A DNA stretch of 64,000 bases from Planctomycetota bacterium (GTDB lineage: Bacteria; Planctomycetota; UBA8108; SXIK01): contig CBDCXR010000004.1 of NCBI GenBank assembly GCA_965223845.1, forward strand, positions 2,336,001 to 2,400,000, given 5' to 3'. The stretch's first letter is position 1, and every line of letters starts with the position of its first letter. The notes under the pieces were generated by a model. It did not search any database, had not been told where the DNA came from, and saw only the letters and a program-made list of their open reading frames with translations. The position numbers and the translations under genes are program-made. This document shows, piece after piece, positions 18,901-28,265 of the stretch.

Positions 18901-19674
18901 GTTGCGGTTCTCCTCCTGGAGCCGCCGATTGATGTCCGCGAGATCGATGCCGTAGTCGCGGAGGCGATCTTCTTGCACTTCGATCCGAATCTCGCGTTCG
19001 AGGCCACCGCGGACCTGCACCGCGGCTAGACCGTCGACGCGGAGGCGCTCCTCGATCTCCTCCTCCGCGAGGAGTCGGAGCTGAATCAGCGCCGCCTCGT
19101 CAGACTCGAGCGCCGCCAGCTCGGCGCTTCCACCGCCGAAGTCGATCGCCTCGGCGTCGCTGGTGGCGTAGAGGCCGACCTGCAGCACCGGATCGAGCGT
19201 CGGGTCGTAGCGAAGAAGGATCGGCCGCGGCACCTCGAGCGGGAGCACGGCTTGCTCGAGCTTCTCGCGCACGTCCATCGTCGCCACGCTCATCGGAGTT
19301 CCCCACACGAACTCGAGAATGACGTCCGACGCCTCGGCGCGCGAAATCGAGCTGATGCGACGGAGCCCGCGTACCTGGGACAGGCTCTCCTCGAGACGAC
19401 GGGAAACGCGAAGCTCGACGTCGTCCGGCGCGGCGCCGGGATACTCCGTACGAACCGTTACGGACGGATACGAGATGTCGGGCATCAACGTGCGGGGAAG
19501 GCGCCGAAACGCGATCGCACCGAAGATCACCACGGTGAGGACGATCATCGTCACCGCGACGGGACGGCGCGTCGCGAGCGCGGTCAGGCCCCCACCCGAC
19601 GCCTCTGGTCGCGCGGGGACTCCTCCGGGAGCGGGGGGCGGCGCGTCACCATTCGGCGGCGAAGCGTCGGTCAA
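15985..19674 (-). CDS. RND efflux permease subunit (AcrB/AcrD/AcrF family)
   Basis: RRPVAV, PDISYPSVTVRTEYPGA, GMLVDNSIVV, GIVVNNAIV and RLRPILMT; 4-bp overlaps with both neighbours. Confidence 0.95.
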   Translation of the reverse strand: MTDASPPNGDAPPPAPGGVPARPEASGGGLTALATRRPVAVTMIVLTVVIFGAIAFRRLPRTLMPDISYPSVTVRTEYPGAAPDDVELRVSRRLEESLSQVRGLRRISSISRAEASDVILEFVWGTPMSVATMDVREKLEQAVLPLEVPRPILLRYDPTLDPVLQVGLYATSDAEAIDFGGGSAELAALESDEAALIQLRLLAEEEIEERLRVDGLAAVQVRGGLEREIRIEVQEDRLRDYGIDLADINRRLQEENRNQASGLLYEGDQSYVVRTVNEFEGLDEIRNLIVKRADTVPVRLHQVADVSFSYREPDVITRLNGHPCVKLDFYKEADANVVDVVRGVRARLFGSADGPGRSDRKDEDAEDAEDDTAAKSNGESERRGATGRRRRAIADQLPSGVEMAIMADQSVFIESALDNVRRTAISGGVLAILVLYVFLRRLGFTAAVGLSIPISVVATFIGLFVFDVSLNMMSLGGIALGIGMLVDNSIVVLESIFRCREEGDSRMEAAVRGTREVAAAVTASTLTTLSVFFPIVFVQGIAGQVFRDQALAVVLSLTASLIVALYFIPALVARHIDLGARSSQVTVGFNRAVFRRLRDRFSIVFTRMSSPLRILVYLPVCIILALVAVVTALVELVRAVVTTILYGLVALAAVAFRLVARPVRAGTGAIFRGFDRGFEAVTSVYRALLSWCLAHPVATLLVVAATAYGSFRVFTRLGTELIPEVHQGEFTADVRLPVGTRIERTDSIVRPLEEAVLASPLAARMETLTTTVGVEPDDVDSGDRGEHSAQMLVRLKPGIDPRAAEEQAMRELRSVFSRSPEIDKVQFENPVLFTFKTPIEIEVKGYDLDRLERITDAVEASIRSVPGLEDVRSNIAPGYPEVRLRFRPDVMSHYGLTAEAIGQLVRRKLQGEVSSELTDGDRKIGMRVRLVEEDRETLEQLRGLTVIADASSPLRLEDIADIEVSEGPAEIRRIGHQRAGVVSADLEGIDLGGVTGEIERVLHQDGGLKRVRSADFAIGFGGQKEEMDAALSSLRWALLLAVFLVYVVLAVQFESLRQPIVVIAAVPLAMIGVSPALWFAGLALSIVSFIGMIVLAGIVVNNAIVLVDRVNQVRSRGKNVTDALLEAGSVRLRPILMTTATTVLGLLPLTGLLHGLPGVESIFGAGEGAEIRGPLAITVISGLVTSTFLTLVVVPVMYLLVVGRDATLTAPDAELGLDGPAPTPREGDT

Positions 19675-20957
19675 GATTCCACCTCGACCGGAGAGCCTTC
19701 CTCGAGGTTGTCGTGACCGACGAGGACGAGCGCACCGAGCTCGGCGATACCGGGCGCGTCGTCATCTCCCGCGCGGAACACCGATCCGTCCATCGCCGTG
19801 AGAGACACGAGCTCGACCGCGTCGCGCTGCGACAGACCGGGACTCATGACGTAGCGGTGCGCGACGCCGTCGCGGACGAAGAAGAGGATCGCCTGTCGAT
19901 TCTCGTAGGAGATCGCTTTCTTCGGGATCAAGTAGACGCTCGGCCGGGTCTCGAGAACGATATCGCCGCTCACGTACATCCCGGGCTTCAAGACCCCGCG
20001 GTCATCGGAGATGCCGACGATCACCTCGATCGTCCCCTTCACGTCGTCCACCACCGGATTGATCACCTCGACGCGCCCGGCGAACTCGAGCTCCGGAAAC
20101 ACCTCGCACCGTAGGTGCACAGTGAGACCGGGCTTGACGCGGACGACCTCCCGCTGCGGGACGAACAGACGGGCTTCGAGCCGCGAGAGGTCGACGACGC
20201 TGAATGCCTTCGTCGCCGTCGACACAAGCTCGCCGGGCTTCAGCCGGAGGTAGCTGATCACTCCCTCGATCGGCGAAGCGAGAACCGTCTGCGAGAGCTG
20301 AAACGTCGCCGTCTCGACCGCGACGCGCGCCAGTTCCTCTTCTTGACGCTTCTGCTCGTGGCTGAGCGCGTAGCCCTCACCCTGAATCTGCGCCGCCTCG
20401 GCATCGATCTTTTTTTGCTCGAGCTCGGCGCGCTTCTGCTCGATCTCCTCTTCTGAGGCGACCGCGGCGCCGCCGCGCTCGATGCGCTCGAGTTCCTTCT
20501 CGACCTGCAGGCGAATCAGCTCCTTCTGGCGGGCGATCTTCTCGCCCTCGCGCTTCGAGTTCTCCGCCTGTCGGGTGGCAATCTTCGCCTGCTCATATGC
20601 GATGCGCTTGTTGTCGAGGGCGAGCCGAAGCTGCGTGTCGACGAGAGTGACGACGGGCTCGAGGGCGCCGACGCGATCGCCCTCGCGCTTGTGGACCGTC
20701 GCGACGACCCCGGCGATTTCGGGAGTGAGATCTGCGCGCGATACCGCCTCGAGGTCGGCGGCGACCGCGAGCCGGCGTGAGATGTCACCGCGGGTCAAGT
20801 CGACCGTTCGCACGAGGATGCGATCGTCCTCGTCCGCTTCGCCTCCCGAGTCGGCCGAGACGGCCCCGTCGTTCGGCGGACTGCAGCCCGCGACGAGCCA
20901 AACGAGGGCGGCGGCGATCGTCGCTCGACCGCTAAATTCGCATCTGGAGCAGATCAC
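19671..20957 (-). CDS. RND periplasmic adaptor (membrane fusion protein), lipoprotein
   Basis: LVAGC lipobox; lipoyl halves (PEIAGVV...EGDRV and SPIEGVI...GELV); long alpha-hairpin; LKPGMYV. The exact start is uncertain. Confidence 0.9.
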   Translation of the reverse strand: MICSRCEFSGRATIAAALVWLVAGCSPPNDGAVSADSGGEADEDDRILVRTVDLTRGDISRRLAVAADLEAVSRADLTPEIAGVVATVHKREGDRVGALEPVVTLVDTQLRLALDNKRIAYEQAKIATRQAENSKREGEKIARQKELIRLQVEKELERIERGGAAVASEEEIEQKRAELEQKKIDAEAAQIQGEGYALSHEQKRQEEELARVAVETATFQLSQTVLASPIEGVISYLRLKPGELVSTATKAFSVVDLSRLEARLFVPQREVVRVKPGLTVHLRCEVFPELEFAGRVEVINPVVDDVKGTIEVIVGISDDRGVLKPGMYVSGDIVLETRPSVYLIPKKAISYENRQAILFFVRDGVAHRYVMSPGLSQRDAVELVSLTAMDGSVFRAGDDDAPGIAELGALVLVGHDNLEEGSPVEVES

Positions 20958-21717
20958 CGATCTTGTCCTTCAGAATCTCAAGGCGCGCGTCGTCTAGCTC
21001 GGGATTGAGCACAGTGTGAACTCGGTCGCGCTGTTTTCGCTCGACGAGAACGAGCCACTCCCGTCCTTCGCGTACGGTCGAACTCTTGAACTCGAGGAAC
21101 TTCTTACGGATGAGGAGAAGGGAGAGGAAGAATCGCAGTTCCTCGCGCTCGTTGTCCGCGACCGCTCCGGCTTTCTTCTCTTTGGAGACGTCTCCGGCCC
21201 CCGGGAGTTCCGTCGAAACTTCGCGCGTCTCGCCGACAGATTGTCGCTCCGCGTCGGTCGGGGGCTCGCCGTCGACCCGATCGGCGTCGTGTTGGGCCGC
21301 GTCCTGAGAATCGCCGCGTTCGGGCCCTTCCGCCGATTCGGTCTCCGGCGCGGCGCTTTCGCCCCCGGCAGGCTCGACCGTCGGTTCGATCGGCTCCCGG
21401 AGCCCGAGGAAGAACTCGAAGACGACTTGGGCGTCGAAGCGGACGCGGCGCGGCTCGTGCGACGGGGGAGGCGGTCGTCTCGTCCGCCAGTAGGCGAACA
21501 CCTCCTCGCCCGCACACCTTGGGCGCCCGCCGTCCGGGTCCTCACTTAAGTGACTCAACCAACAGGCATTACAGTAGTCTGAGCGACAGAACTCTTCGTC
21601 TTGCCAACGCACGGCAGAGAAATAGAGCTCGTCTGCTGCGATCTCCGCCTCGCAGAGCGCGCAGCGGTGGTCGGATGTCGAGATCGAGTACTTGGGATCT
21701 TTGACTGCGCTCACCAT
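20932..21717 (-). CDS. Conserved hypothetical protein with putative Zn finger
   Basis: CALC...RSDYCNACW...YW at the N-terminus, an acidic disordered insert, and C-terminal RFFLSLLLIRKKFL; GAGGAG SD. Confidence 0.75.
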   Translation of the reverse strand: MVSAVKDPKYSISTSDHRCALCEAEIAADELYFSAVRWQDEEFCRSDYCNACWLSHLSEDPDGGRPRCAGEEVFAYWRTRRPPPPSHEPRRVRFDAQVVFEFFLGLREPIEPTVEPAGGESAAPETESAEGPERGDSQDAAQHDADRVDGEPPTDAERQSVGETREVSTELPGAGDVSKEKKAGAVADNEREELRFFLSLLLIRKKFLEFKSSTVREGREWLVLVERKQRDRVHTVLNPELDDARLEILKDKIGDLLQMRI

Positions 21718-22027
21718 CGCCGCCTCGTCACTCCTCTTCGCTTCGCTTCGAGCCCGCTAGCCCGGTTCCGCGCCCGTCGACGTCGCCGGTCCCACGCCGG
21801 ATCGGCGGAGGAGCGCGGACGTCGTCGCCGTCCCGACGCGGCCGGAACGAACGGGTGACCGTCGGGCCAACCCTCGACGAACGAAGATTTTAGAACTCGA
21901 AGAACCGGAACTCAAACAGCGCCCGGGACGTACGACAACTCTCGACACGGCGCCCGCAGAGGCGGCGGCCGGGCCCGTCCCGAACGGAGCGCGAAAATCG
22001 GCGTAGATCTGACGGCGGAACTTCCGG

Positions 22028-22071
22028 TATAATGCGGGCGCCCTCGTAACCTACATATTATCAACAACTTA
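22028..22071 (+). promoter_or_regulatory. dnaE promoter -10 (TATAAT) and IHF-consensus site
   Basis: TATAAT at 22028-22033. TATCAACAACTTA at 22059-22071 matches WATCAANNNNTTR exactly and sits in an AT-rich patch. Confidence 0.55.
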
Positions 22072-22148
22072 CAACCGCGCGCGCGATCGTCGACGGGTGC
22101 GAGCGAAGCCCTCGCGGGCGCGGATTCGCGTCGAAAGGAAGTGACACG

Positions 22149-25100
22149 GTGAGCTTCGTCCATCTACACGTCCACAGCCATTACAGCCTTCTCGACGGGG
22201 CGGCGAATCACAAGAAGCTCGTCGCGGCGGCGAAATCGCTCGGGATGCCGGGGCTCGCCCTCACCGACCACGGCAACCTCTTCGGCGCGGTGAAGTTCGT
22301 TCTCGCCTGCAAGGAAGCCGGGATTCAGCCGATCGTCGGCATGGAGGCCTACATGGCCCCGGGGCATCGCACCGAGCGAAAGAAGTCCGCCGGCGGCGCG
22401 TTTTTCCACCAGCTACTTCTCGCGAGAAACCTCGAGGGCTACTTCAACTTGATGAAGCTGTCGTCTCTCTCCTACCTCGAGGGCTTCTACTACAAGCCGC
22501 GCATCGACAAGGAGATCCTCCGCGAGCACTCTGCGGGCCTCATCGGAACGAGCTCGTGCCTATCGGGACAGATCAATCGCGCGATCGTCGGCGGTTCCGA
22601 CGACGACATCCGCCGCGAAATCGAAGAGTACGTCGAGATCTTCGAGCCGGGTTGCTTCTTCCTCGAGATCCAGCGCCACGGCCTCGCTGAGCAGGACCGC
22701 ATCCTCGAGAAGATTCCCGCGCTCGCGAAGGAGTACGGCCTCCCACTTCTCCCCACGAACGACGTCCACTACCTCGAACGCGACGATGCCCGGGCGCAAG
22801 AGGTTCACCTCTGCATCAGCACCGGTCAGACGATGGACGACGACGACCGCCTCCGCTTCGACTGCGATCAGTTCTATTTCCGAACCGAGGCGGAAATGGA
22901 GCGGGTGCTCGGCGACTTCAAGGACTCGTTCGAGAACACCGTCGGGATCATGGAGATGTGTACACTCCATGACGAGCTCGAACAGGAGAACTACTTCGCT
23001 CCCGGGAGCCACCTCCCGACGTATGTCATCGATGCGCCCGAGTACCAGCACCTCTCCGACGCGGAGTACTTTCGCGAACTCTGCGTCGAAGGTTGTCGGA
23101 AACGCTATCCCGACTACGACACGAACGAGGCGATCCGATCTCGGCTGGAGTTCGAGATCGGGGTGATCGAGGAGATGGGCTATCCGAGCTACTTCCTCAT
23201 CACGTGGGACTTCATCAAGTACGCGCGCGATCACCAGATCCCGGTCGGTCCCGGTCGCGGCTCCGCGGCCGGCAGCATCGTCGCGTATTCACTCGGGATC
23301 ACGAACGTCGATCCGCTCAAGTACGACCTCCTCTTCGAGCGCTTCCTCAATCCCGATCGCGTCACCATGCCCGACATCGACATCGATTTTTGCATGGACG
23401 GACGCGAGCAGGTGATCGACTACGTCAAGCGCAAGTACGGCGAGGATCGTGTCTGCCAGATCATCACCTTCGGGACGATGGCGGCGCGCGCCGTGATCCG
23501 CGACGTGGGACGCGCCATGAACGTGCCGCTCGCCGAGGTCGACGGGATCGCGAAGCGGATCCCCGCGGGTCCGGGGGTGAAACTGCGCGAGAGTATCGAC
23601 GCCGATCCGGATCTCCAGCGGATTCGCGACAGCGATCCGAAGCTCCGAGACCTGTTCGAGATCTCGCTCCGGCTCGAAGGCCTCAATCGGCACTGCTCGA
23701 CCCACGCCGCCGGCGTGGTGATCGGCGACGCTCCTCTCATCGACACGCTCCCGCTCTACAAGAACGGCGACGACATCACGACGCAGTTCGTCATGGAGGA
23801 TCTCGACCTCGTCGGGATGCTCAAGATGGATTTCCTGGGGCTGCGTACGCTCACGATCATCGATCAGGCGATCCAGCTCGTGAAGAAGTCGCGCGGCGTC
23901 GAGATCGACATCGACGAGATTCCCCTCGACGACCCGAAGACGTTCGAGCTCCTGTGTGCAGGCGACACGGTCGCAGTGTTCCAGCTCGAATCTCAAGGCA
24001 TGCGCGATCTTCTCCGCCGCATGAAGCCCGATCAGTTCGAGGACATCATCGCGATCCTCGCACTCTACCGCCCCGGCCCTCTCGAGGGCGGCATGGTCGA
24101 CACCTACATCGAGCGAAAGCACGGTCGCGAGCCGCTCGTCTACGAGCACGACGTCCTCGAGCCGATCCTTCGCGAAACCTACGGCGTCATCCTTTACCAA
24201 GAACAGGTGATGCGGATCGCGAACCAGATGGCGGGCTTTTCTCTCGCCCAAGCCGACATGCTTCGCCGAGCGATGGGAAAGAAGAAGGTCGAGGTGATGA
24301 AGGAGTACAAGGATCGCTTCATCGCCGGTTCGAAAGAGAACCGCATCGACGGAAAGATCGCCGAACGGATCTTCGACCTGATCGAGTTTTTCGCCGGCTA
24401 CGGCTTCAACAAATCGCACTCGACCGCCTACGCGCTCGTCACGTACCAGACCGCGTACCTGAAGGCGAACTTCCCGACCGAGTTCATGGCGGCGGTGATG
24501 AGCTGCGAGCTCTCGAATACTGAGCGGATCGTGGAGTACCTCGACGAATGCCGCAAGATGTCGATTGAGATTCGGCCGCCCGACATCAATCGATCGGAGG
24601 CGAGATTCTCCGTCGAGGGGCAGACGATTTGGTACGGCCTCGCGGCGGTGAAGGGAGTTGGAACACGCGTCATCGACGCGGTCATTCGCGCGCGCGAAAC
24701 GGGGGCGTTTCAGTCGATCTTCGACCTCTGTCGGCGCGTCGACAGCAAGGAAGGACTCACCAAAGCAGCGCTCGAAACCTTGATCTCCTCCGGCGCCCTC
24801 GACGGCTTCGAGCGAAAGCGTGCTGCGCTCGCGGCCGTGACGGACATCGCCGTCTCTCGCGGCAACGAGAATCGGCGCGACCGCGAGGTCGGTCAGCTCA
24901 CGCTCTTCGATCTTCTGGGCGAGGCCGGCGGAGACGATTCCGGCGAAAGCGCGGACGACGATCAGGAGTCCTACCCCGACGTCGATGAATGGTCGGAGAA
25001 GGAGCGGCTTCAGCGCGAGAAGCAGACTCTCGGGTTCTACCTCACCGGACACCCGCTCGACGGCTGGAGCGGAGTCATCAAGAAGTACGCACCGCAGTCG

Positions 25101-25658
25101 CTCTCCGATCTCACCGCACTCAAGGACGGTGATCCGATGACGGTCGCGGTTCAGGTCACGAAGATCACGAAGAAGGTATCGAAGAAAACGGGCGAGCCCT
25201 TCTGGATCGTCGTCGTCGAGGACAAGACGACCGCCGAGGAGATCTTCGTCAACAAGGACAAGTACGAGAAGGCTTACGAGTTCCTCCGCACCGACGCGCT
25301 CGTCGTCGTCCAGGGCGCCGTAAAGTATCGCGACACGACCGCCGGCCTTCGCCTCGAGCGATTTCTTCCGATCGAAGACGCGCCGGCGCAGCTCACTCGC
25401 GACGTGAGCGTCCTCGTCGACGCAGACGCCGCCGACGCCGAGGACCACATCTTCCGCATCAAGCAGCTCCTCGAGGAGCACCGCGGGCGTTGTCCGTTCT
25501 TCGTCATCTTTCGCAGTCGCGACGGCCAGAACGCCGTCCTCCGCGTGGGCGACGAGAACTTCGTGAACGCCGACGCGGCGTTCATCTCTCGGGCGAACGA
25601 TCTGTGCGGGAAGGAACGCGTTCGAGTGAATCGTATGGGAGATTTCTTGCGCGTTTGA
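22149..25658 (+). CDS. dnaE: DNA polymerase III alpha subunit
   Basis: PHP domain HLHVHSHYSLLDG; GPGRGSAAGS; MPDIDIDF; KMDFLGLRTL; YGFNKSH; C-terminal OB fold; AAGGAAG SD. Confidence 0.99.
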   Translation: MSFVHLHVHSHYSLLDGAANHKKLVAAAKSLGMPGLALTDHGNLFGAVKFVLACKEAGIQPIVGMEAYMAPGHRTERKKSAGGAFFHQLLLARNLEGYFNLMKLSSLSYLEGFYYKPRIDKEILREHSAGLIGTSSCLSGQINRAIVGGSDDDIRREIEEYVEIFEPGCFFLEIQRHGLAEQDRILEKIPALAKEYGLPLLPTNDVHYLERDDARAQEVHLCISTGQTMDDDDRLRFDCDQFYFRTEAEMERVLGDFKDSFENTVGIMEMCTLHDELEQENYFAPGSHLPTYVIDAPEYQHLSDAEYFRELCVEGCRKRYPDYDTNEAIRSRLEFEIGVIEEMGYPSYFLITWDFIKYARDHQIPVGPGRGSAAGSIVAYSLGITNVDPLKYDLLFERFLNPDRVTMPDIDIDFCMDGREQVIDYVKRKYGEDRVCQIITFGTMAARAVIRDVGRAMNVPLAEVDGIAKRIPAGPGVKLRESIDADPDLQRIRDSDPKLRDLFEISLRLEGLNRHCSTHAAGVVIGDAPLIDTLPLYKNGDDITTQFVMEDLDLVGMLKMDFLGLRTLTIIDQAIQLVKKSRGVEIDIDEIPLDDPKTFELLCAGDTVAVFQLESQGMRDLLRRMKPDQFEDIIAILALYRPGPLEGGMVDTYIERKHGREPLVYEHDVLEPILRETYGVILYQEQVMRIANQMAGFSLAQADMLRRAMGKKKVEVMKEYKDRFIAGSKENRIDGKIAERIFDLIEFFAGYGFNKSHSTAYALVTYQTAYLKANFPTEFMAAVMSCELSNTERIVEYLDECRKMSIEIRPPDINRSEARFSVEGQTIWYGLAAVKGVGTRVIDAVIRARETGAFQSIFDLCRRVDSKEGLTKAALETLISSGALDGFERKRAALAAVTDIAVSRGNENRRDREVGQLTLFDLLGEAGGDDSGESADDDQESYPDVDEWSEKERLQREKQTLGFYLTGHPLDGWSGVIKKYAPQSLSDLTALKDGDPMTVAVQVTKITKKVSKKTGEPFWIVVVEDKTTAEEIFVNKDKYEKAYEFLRTDALVVVQGAVKYRDTTAGLRLERFLPIEDAPAQLTRDVSVLVDADAADAEDHIFRIKQLLEEHRGRCPFFVIFRSRDGQNAVLRVGDENFVNADAAFISRANDLCGKERVRVNRMGDFLRV

Positions 25659-25710
25659 GCGACTCGAAGCTCGCCCGTCCGCGTCCCATCCCGCCTTACC
25701 GCCAGCGACG

Positions 25711-26481
25711 ATGGCCGAAGTCCACACTGCCCCGCTCCCCCCGGACGCGCGCGAGATCCTCGCGGAGAATCTCTCCCGCATCCGCGAGGAGTTTGCCTCC
25801 GCCGCGGCGCGGGCCGGACGAGCGCCCGAGAGCGTCCAGCTTCTTCCGGTGACAAAGTACGTGACCGGAGACGTGGTCCGGCTCTTGCACTCGCTCGGCC
25901 TTCAGTCCTTCGCGGAAAACCGCGTCCAGCGAGGGGTCGCCCTCTGCGAAGAGGTCGAGGATCTCGAACCGGTGACCTGGCACTTCATCGGGCATCTGCA
26001 AAGGAACAAAGTACGCCGAGCTCTCGGGTGGTTCGACGTCCTCCACTCGATCGACTCGGCGCGACTCGCCCGCGAGGTCGCGGCGCGGCTCCGTGAACGA
26101 AACGAGCGGCGCGCGAATCCCCTCCGCCTCTACGTGGAAGTCAACACCTCGGGCGAGGAGGCCAAGACCGGACTTTCTGCGAGCGAGGCCCCCGCCGTTC
26201 TCGAGGTGCTCGCGAACGAACAAGCGGCAGACGAGTCGCCGCTCTTCGTCGTCGAAGGTCTCATGACGATGGCACGCTTCACCGACGATCCGGAGAACGC
26301 GCGACGCGATTTCGCGTGCCTCCGCGAGCTCCGCGACAAACTCTGCGAGCGCGGCGCTCTCCCCGCGGGAGCAGGGCTCTCGATGGGCATGAGCCGGGAT
26401 TTTTCCTCGGCGATCGCCGAGGGCGCGACCGTCGTTCGCATCGGTCGCAGACTTTTCGACGGCATCCTCCCGGAACGGTAA
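25711..26481 (+). CDS. yggS: PLP homeostasis protein, YggS family
   Basis: PVTK (PLP lysine), ENRVQ, WHFIGHLQRNKV, LSMGMS and VRIGR. Confidence 0.96.
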   Translation: MAEVHTAPLPPDAREILAENLSRIREEFASAAARAGRAPESVQLLPVTKYVTGDVVRLLHSLGLQSFAENRVQRGVALCEEVEDLEPVTWHFIGHLQRNKVRRALGWFDVLHSIDSARLAREVAARLRERNERRANPLRLYVEVNTSGEEAKTGLSASEAPAVLEVLANEQAADESPLFVVEGLMTMARFTDDPENARRDFACLRELRDKLCERGALPAGAGLSMGMSRDFSSAIAEGATVVRIGRRLFDGILPER

Positions 26482-26535
26482 CCCACATTCATAGGTCGGA
26501 CTTTCAAGCGCTGGACGTGGGCTAAGCGAGCGAAC

Positions 26536-27804
26536 GTGGCAAGGCTTCGAATCCTCAGCGGGCGGCAAGAGGGACGGACGCTCTACGTTCGCCCTCCGGG
26601 CCCGTTCGTGTTCGGCCGCTCCCTCGATTCGAACTTTCCGCTCATCGACCCGCTCGTCTCGCGCCGACACTTCCGTCTGGAGTTTACGACGGGCGCCTAC
26701 CGGGTCGTCGACCTCGGGAGCAAATCCGGAACGCGAGTGGATGGCGTCGCCGTCGACCGCGCGAACATCGAGATCGGGGCGCGCCTCACCGCGGGAGATT
26801 GTGAGCTCGAGCTCTGCGCTGAGCCGGATCCTTTGAACGGTCGCGAGCTCGGCGGCTACCGCATCCTCGAGCGCGTTGGTCGCGGCGGGATGGGAACGGT
26901 CTACCGGGCTCGCCAGACGAGCCTCCAGCGCGTCGTCGCGATCAAGGTCCTCGCTGAGCGGTTTTCCCGAGACTCGTCGTTCAGTGCGAAATTCGTCGAA
27001 GAGGCCAAGCGCGCCGCCGAGCTCTCGCATCCGAACATCGTTCGCGTCTACGACGTGAACCGGCTCGACGGCCTACTTTTCTACGCGATGGAATACACGT
27101 CGCGCGGCAGTCTCGAAGATCGACTCCGGCGCGACGGCAGTCTCTCCGCGAAGGATGCGGTTGATGTTATTCGCCAGGCGGCTGCCGGCCTCGCCTACGC
27201 GGAGAAGGCGGGAGTGGTCCACCGCGACATCAAACCGGCGAACCTGATGGTCGACGGCACCGGCACGGTGAAGATCGGCGACCTCGGCATCGCGACGCGC
27301 GCGGGCGCGGCGCCCTCCGTCCGGTCCGGCGCCCCTCCGCAAGACGCCGGTGCACCCGTCGAGCCCGGCGGGCTGAGCGGCTCACCGCCGTACATGTCTC
27401 CGGAGCAGATTCTCAACCGCCCCGTCGATCACCGGGGAGATCTTTACTCGCTCGGGATTTGTCTCTACGAACTCCTCAGCGGAGCGCCGCCCTTTCGCGG
27501 ATCGAGCGTCAAGGAAATCCTCTACGCCCACATCCGAGATCGCGTACCCGACCTCTCCTCCCTCCGCCCGGAGCTTCCCGCGGTGCTGACCGCGCTCGCG
27601 AGCAAGCTGCTCGAGAAGCGCCCGGAGGACCGTCCGGAGAGCGCGGCTCGTCTCATCGAATCGCTCGACGCCGTTGCCGAGTCGCTCGGGAACGACGCGA
27701 AACCTCGACCGCTCGGCGAGTTCGCTCCGCGGCTCGTCCACGCGGCGCTGTTCATCGTCGGTGTCGCTGCCGGCGCGTTAATCGCCTGGGCGTTGATCGA
27801 TTGA
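26536..27804 (+). CDS. FHA-domain Ser/Thr protein kinase with C-terminal membrane anchor
   Basis: FHA motifs FGR, VSRRH and DLGSKSGT; kinase motifs GRGGMG, VAIK, HRDIKPAN, DLG and YMSPE; hydrophobic C-terminus. Confidence 0.93.
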   Translation: MARLRILSGRQEGRTLYVRPPGPFVFGRSLDSNFPLIDPLVSRRHFRLEFTTGAYRVVDLGSKSGTRVDGVAVDRANIEIGARLTAGDCELELCAEPDPLNGRELGGYRILERVGRGGMGTVYRARQTSLQRVVAIKVLAERFSRDSSFSAKFVEEAKRAAELSHPNIVRVYDVNRLDGLLFYAMEYTSRGSLEDRLRRDGSLSAKDAVDVIRQAAAGLAYAEKAGVVHRDIKPANLMVDGTGTVKIGDLGIATRAGAAPSVRSGAPPQDAGAPVEPGGLSGSPPYMSPEQILNRPVDHRGDLYSLGICLYELLSGAPPFRGSSVKEILYAHIRDRVPDLSSLRPELPAVLTALASKLLEKRPEDRPESAARLIESLDAVAESLGNDAKPRPLGEFAPRLVHAALFIVGVAAGALIAWALID

Positions 27805-27814
27805 GCCGCCTCGA

Positions 27815-28120
27815 GTGAAGACCCCGCCCGAGTACATCGTCGTTCGCCCGGACACCGTTCTCCTCCTCGTGCACGTCACCCCAGGCGCCGCACGCACGCG
27901 CATCGTGGGGATCCACGACGGGGCGATCAAAATCGCGGTCACTGCACCGCCGGAGAAAGGTAAGGCCAACCGCGAGGTCTGCCGGACGGTCGCGACGGCA
28001 CTCGGCGTTCGCGCCGGCTGTGTACGCATCGCCGCCGGGGAGACGAGCCGATCGAAACGACTCGCGATCGATGGGATCGGGTGGGACGAGGTCGCCGAAC
28101 GACTGAGCTCGCACCTCTAG
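27815..28120 (+). CDS. yggU: DUF167 / YggU family protein
   Basis: VHVTPGA, IAVTAPPEKGKAN and GETSRSK. Confidence 0.92.
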   Translation: MKTPPEYIVVRPDTVLLLVHVTPGAARTRIVGIHDGAIKIAVTAPPEKGKANREVCRTVATALGVRAGCVRIAAGETSRSKRLAIDGIGWDEVAERLSSHL

Positions 28121-28265
28121 CGGGCGTCCTCCGAAACCACCGGGGATCACCGAGTACCGAACTCCATCCAAATTCGCCGCGTCAGTCTTCCCCACGCGCG
28201 TTACACTGGACGCGGGCGAGTTCGACCATCGTCGAACTCCGCGGGTCAGCCTCGATCGGGAGAAG

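Noticed and set aside
22046-22072. AT-rich inverted element as a dif site or replication origin
   Set aside because: There is no XerD arm (TTATGTTAAAT) and no DnaA-box cluster. It fits the IHF consensus better.
22149-25658. Intein or inactivated PHP domain in DnaE
   Set aside because: The length (1169 aa) is normal, no intein splice motifs are visible, and the N-terminal PHP histidines are present.
23289-25781. 830-aa ORF antisense to dnaE
   Set aside because: It is a mirror-frame ORF produced by GC-rich codon bias, has no recognisable motifs, and lies almost entirely opposite an essential gene.
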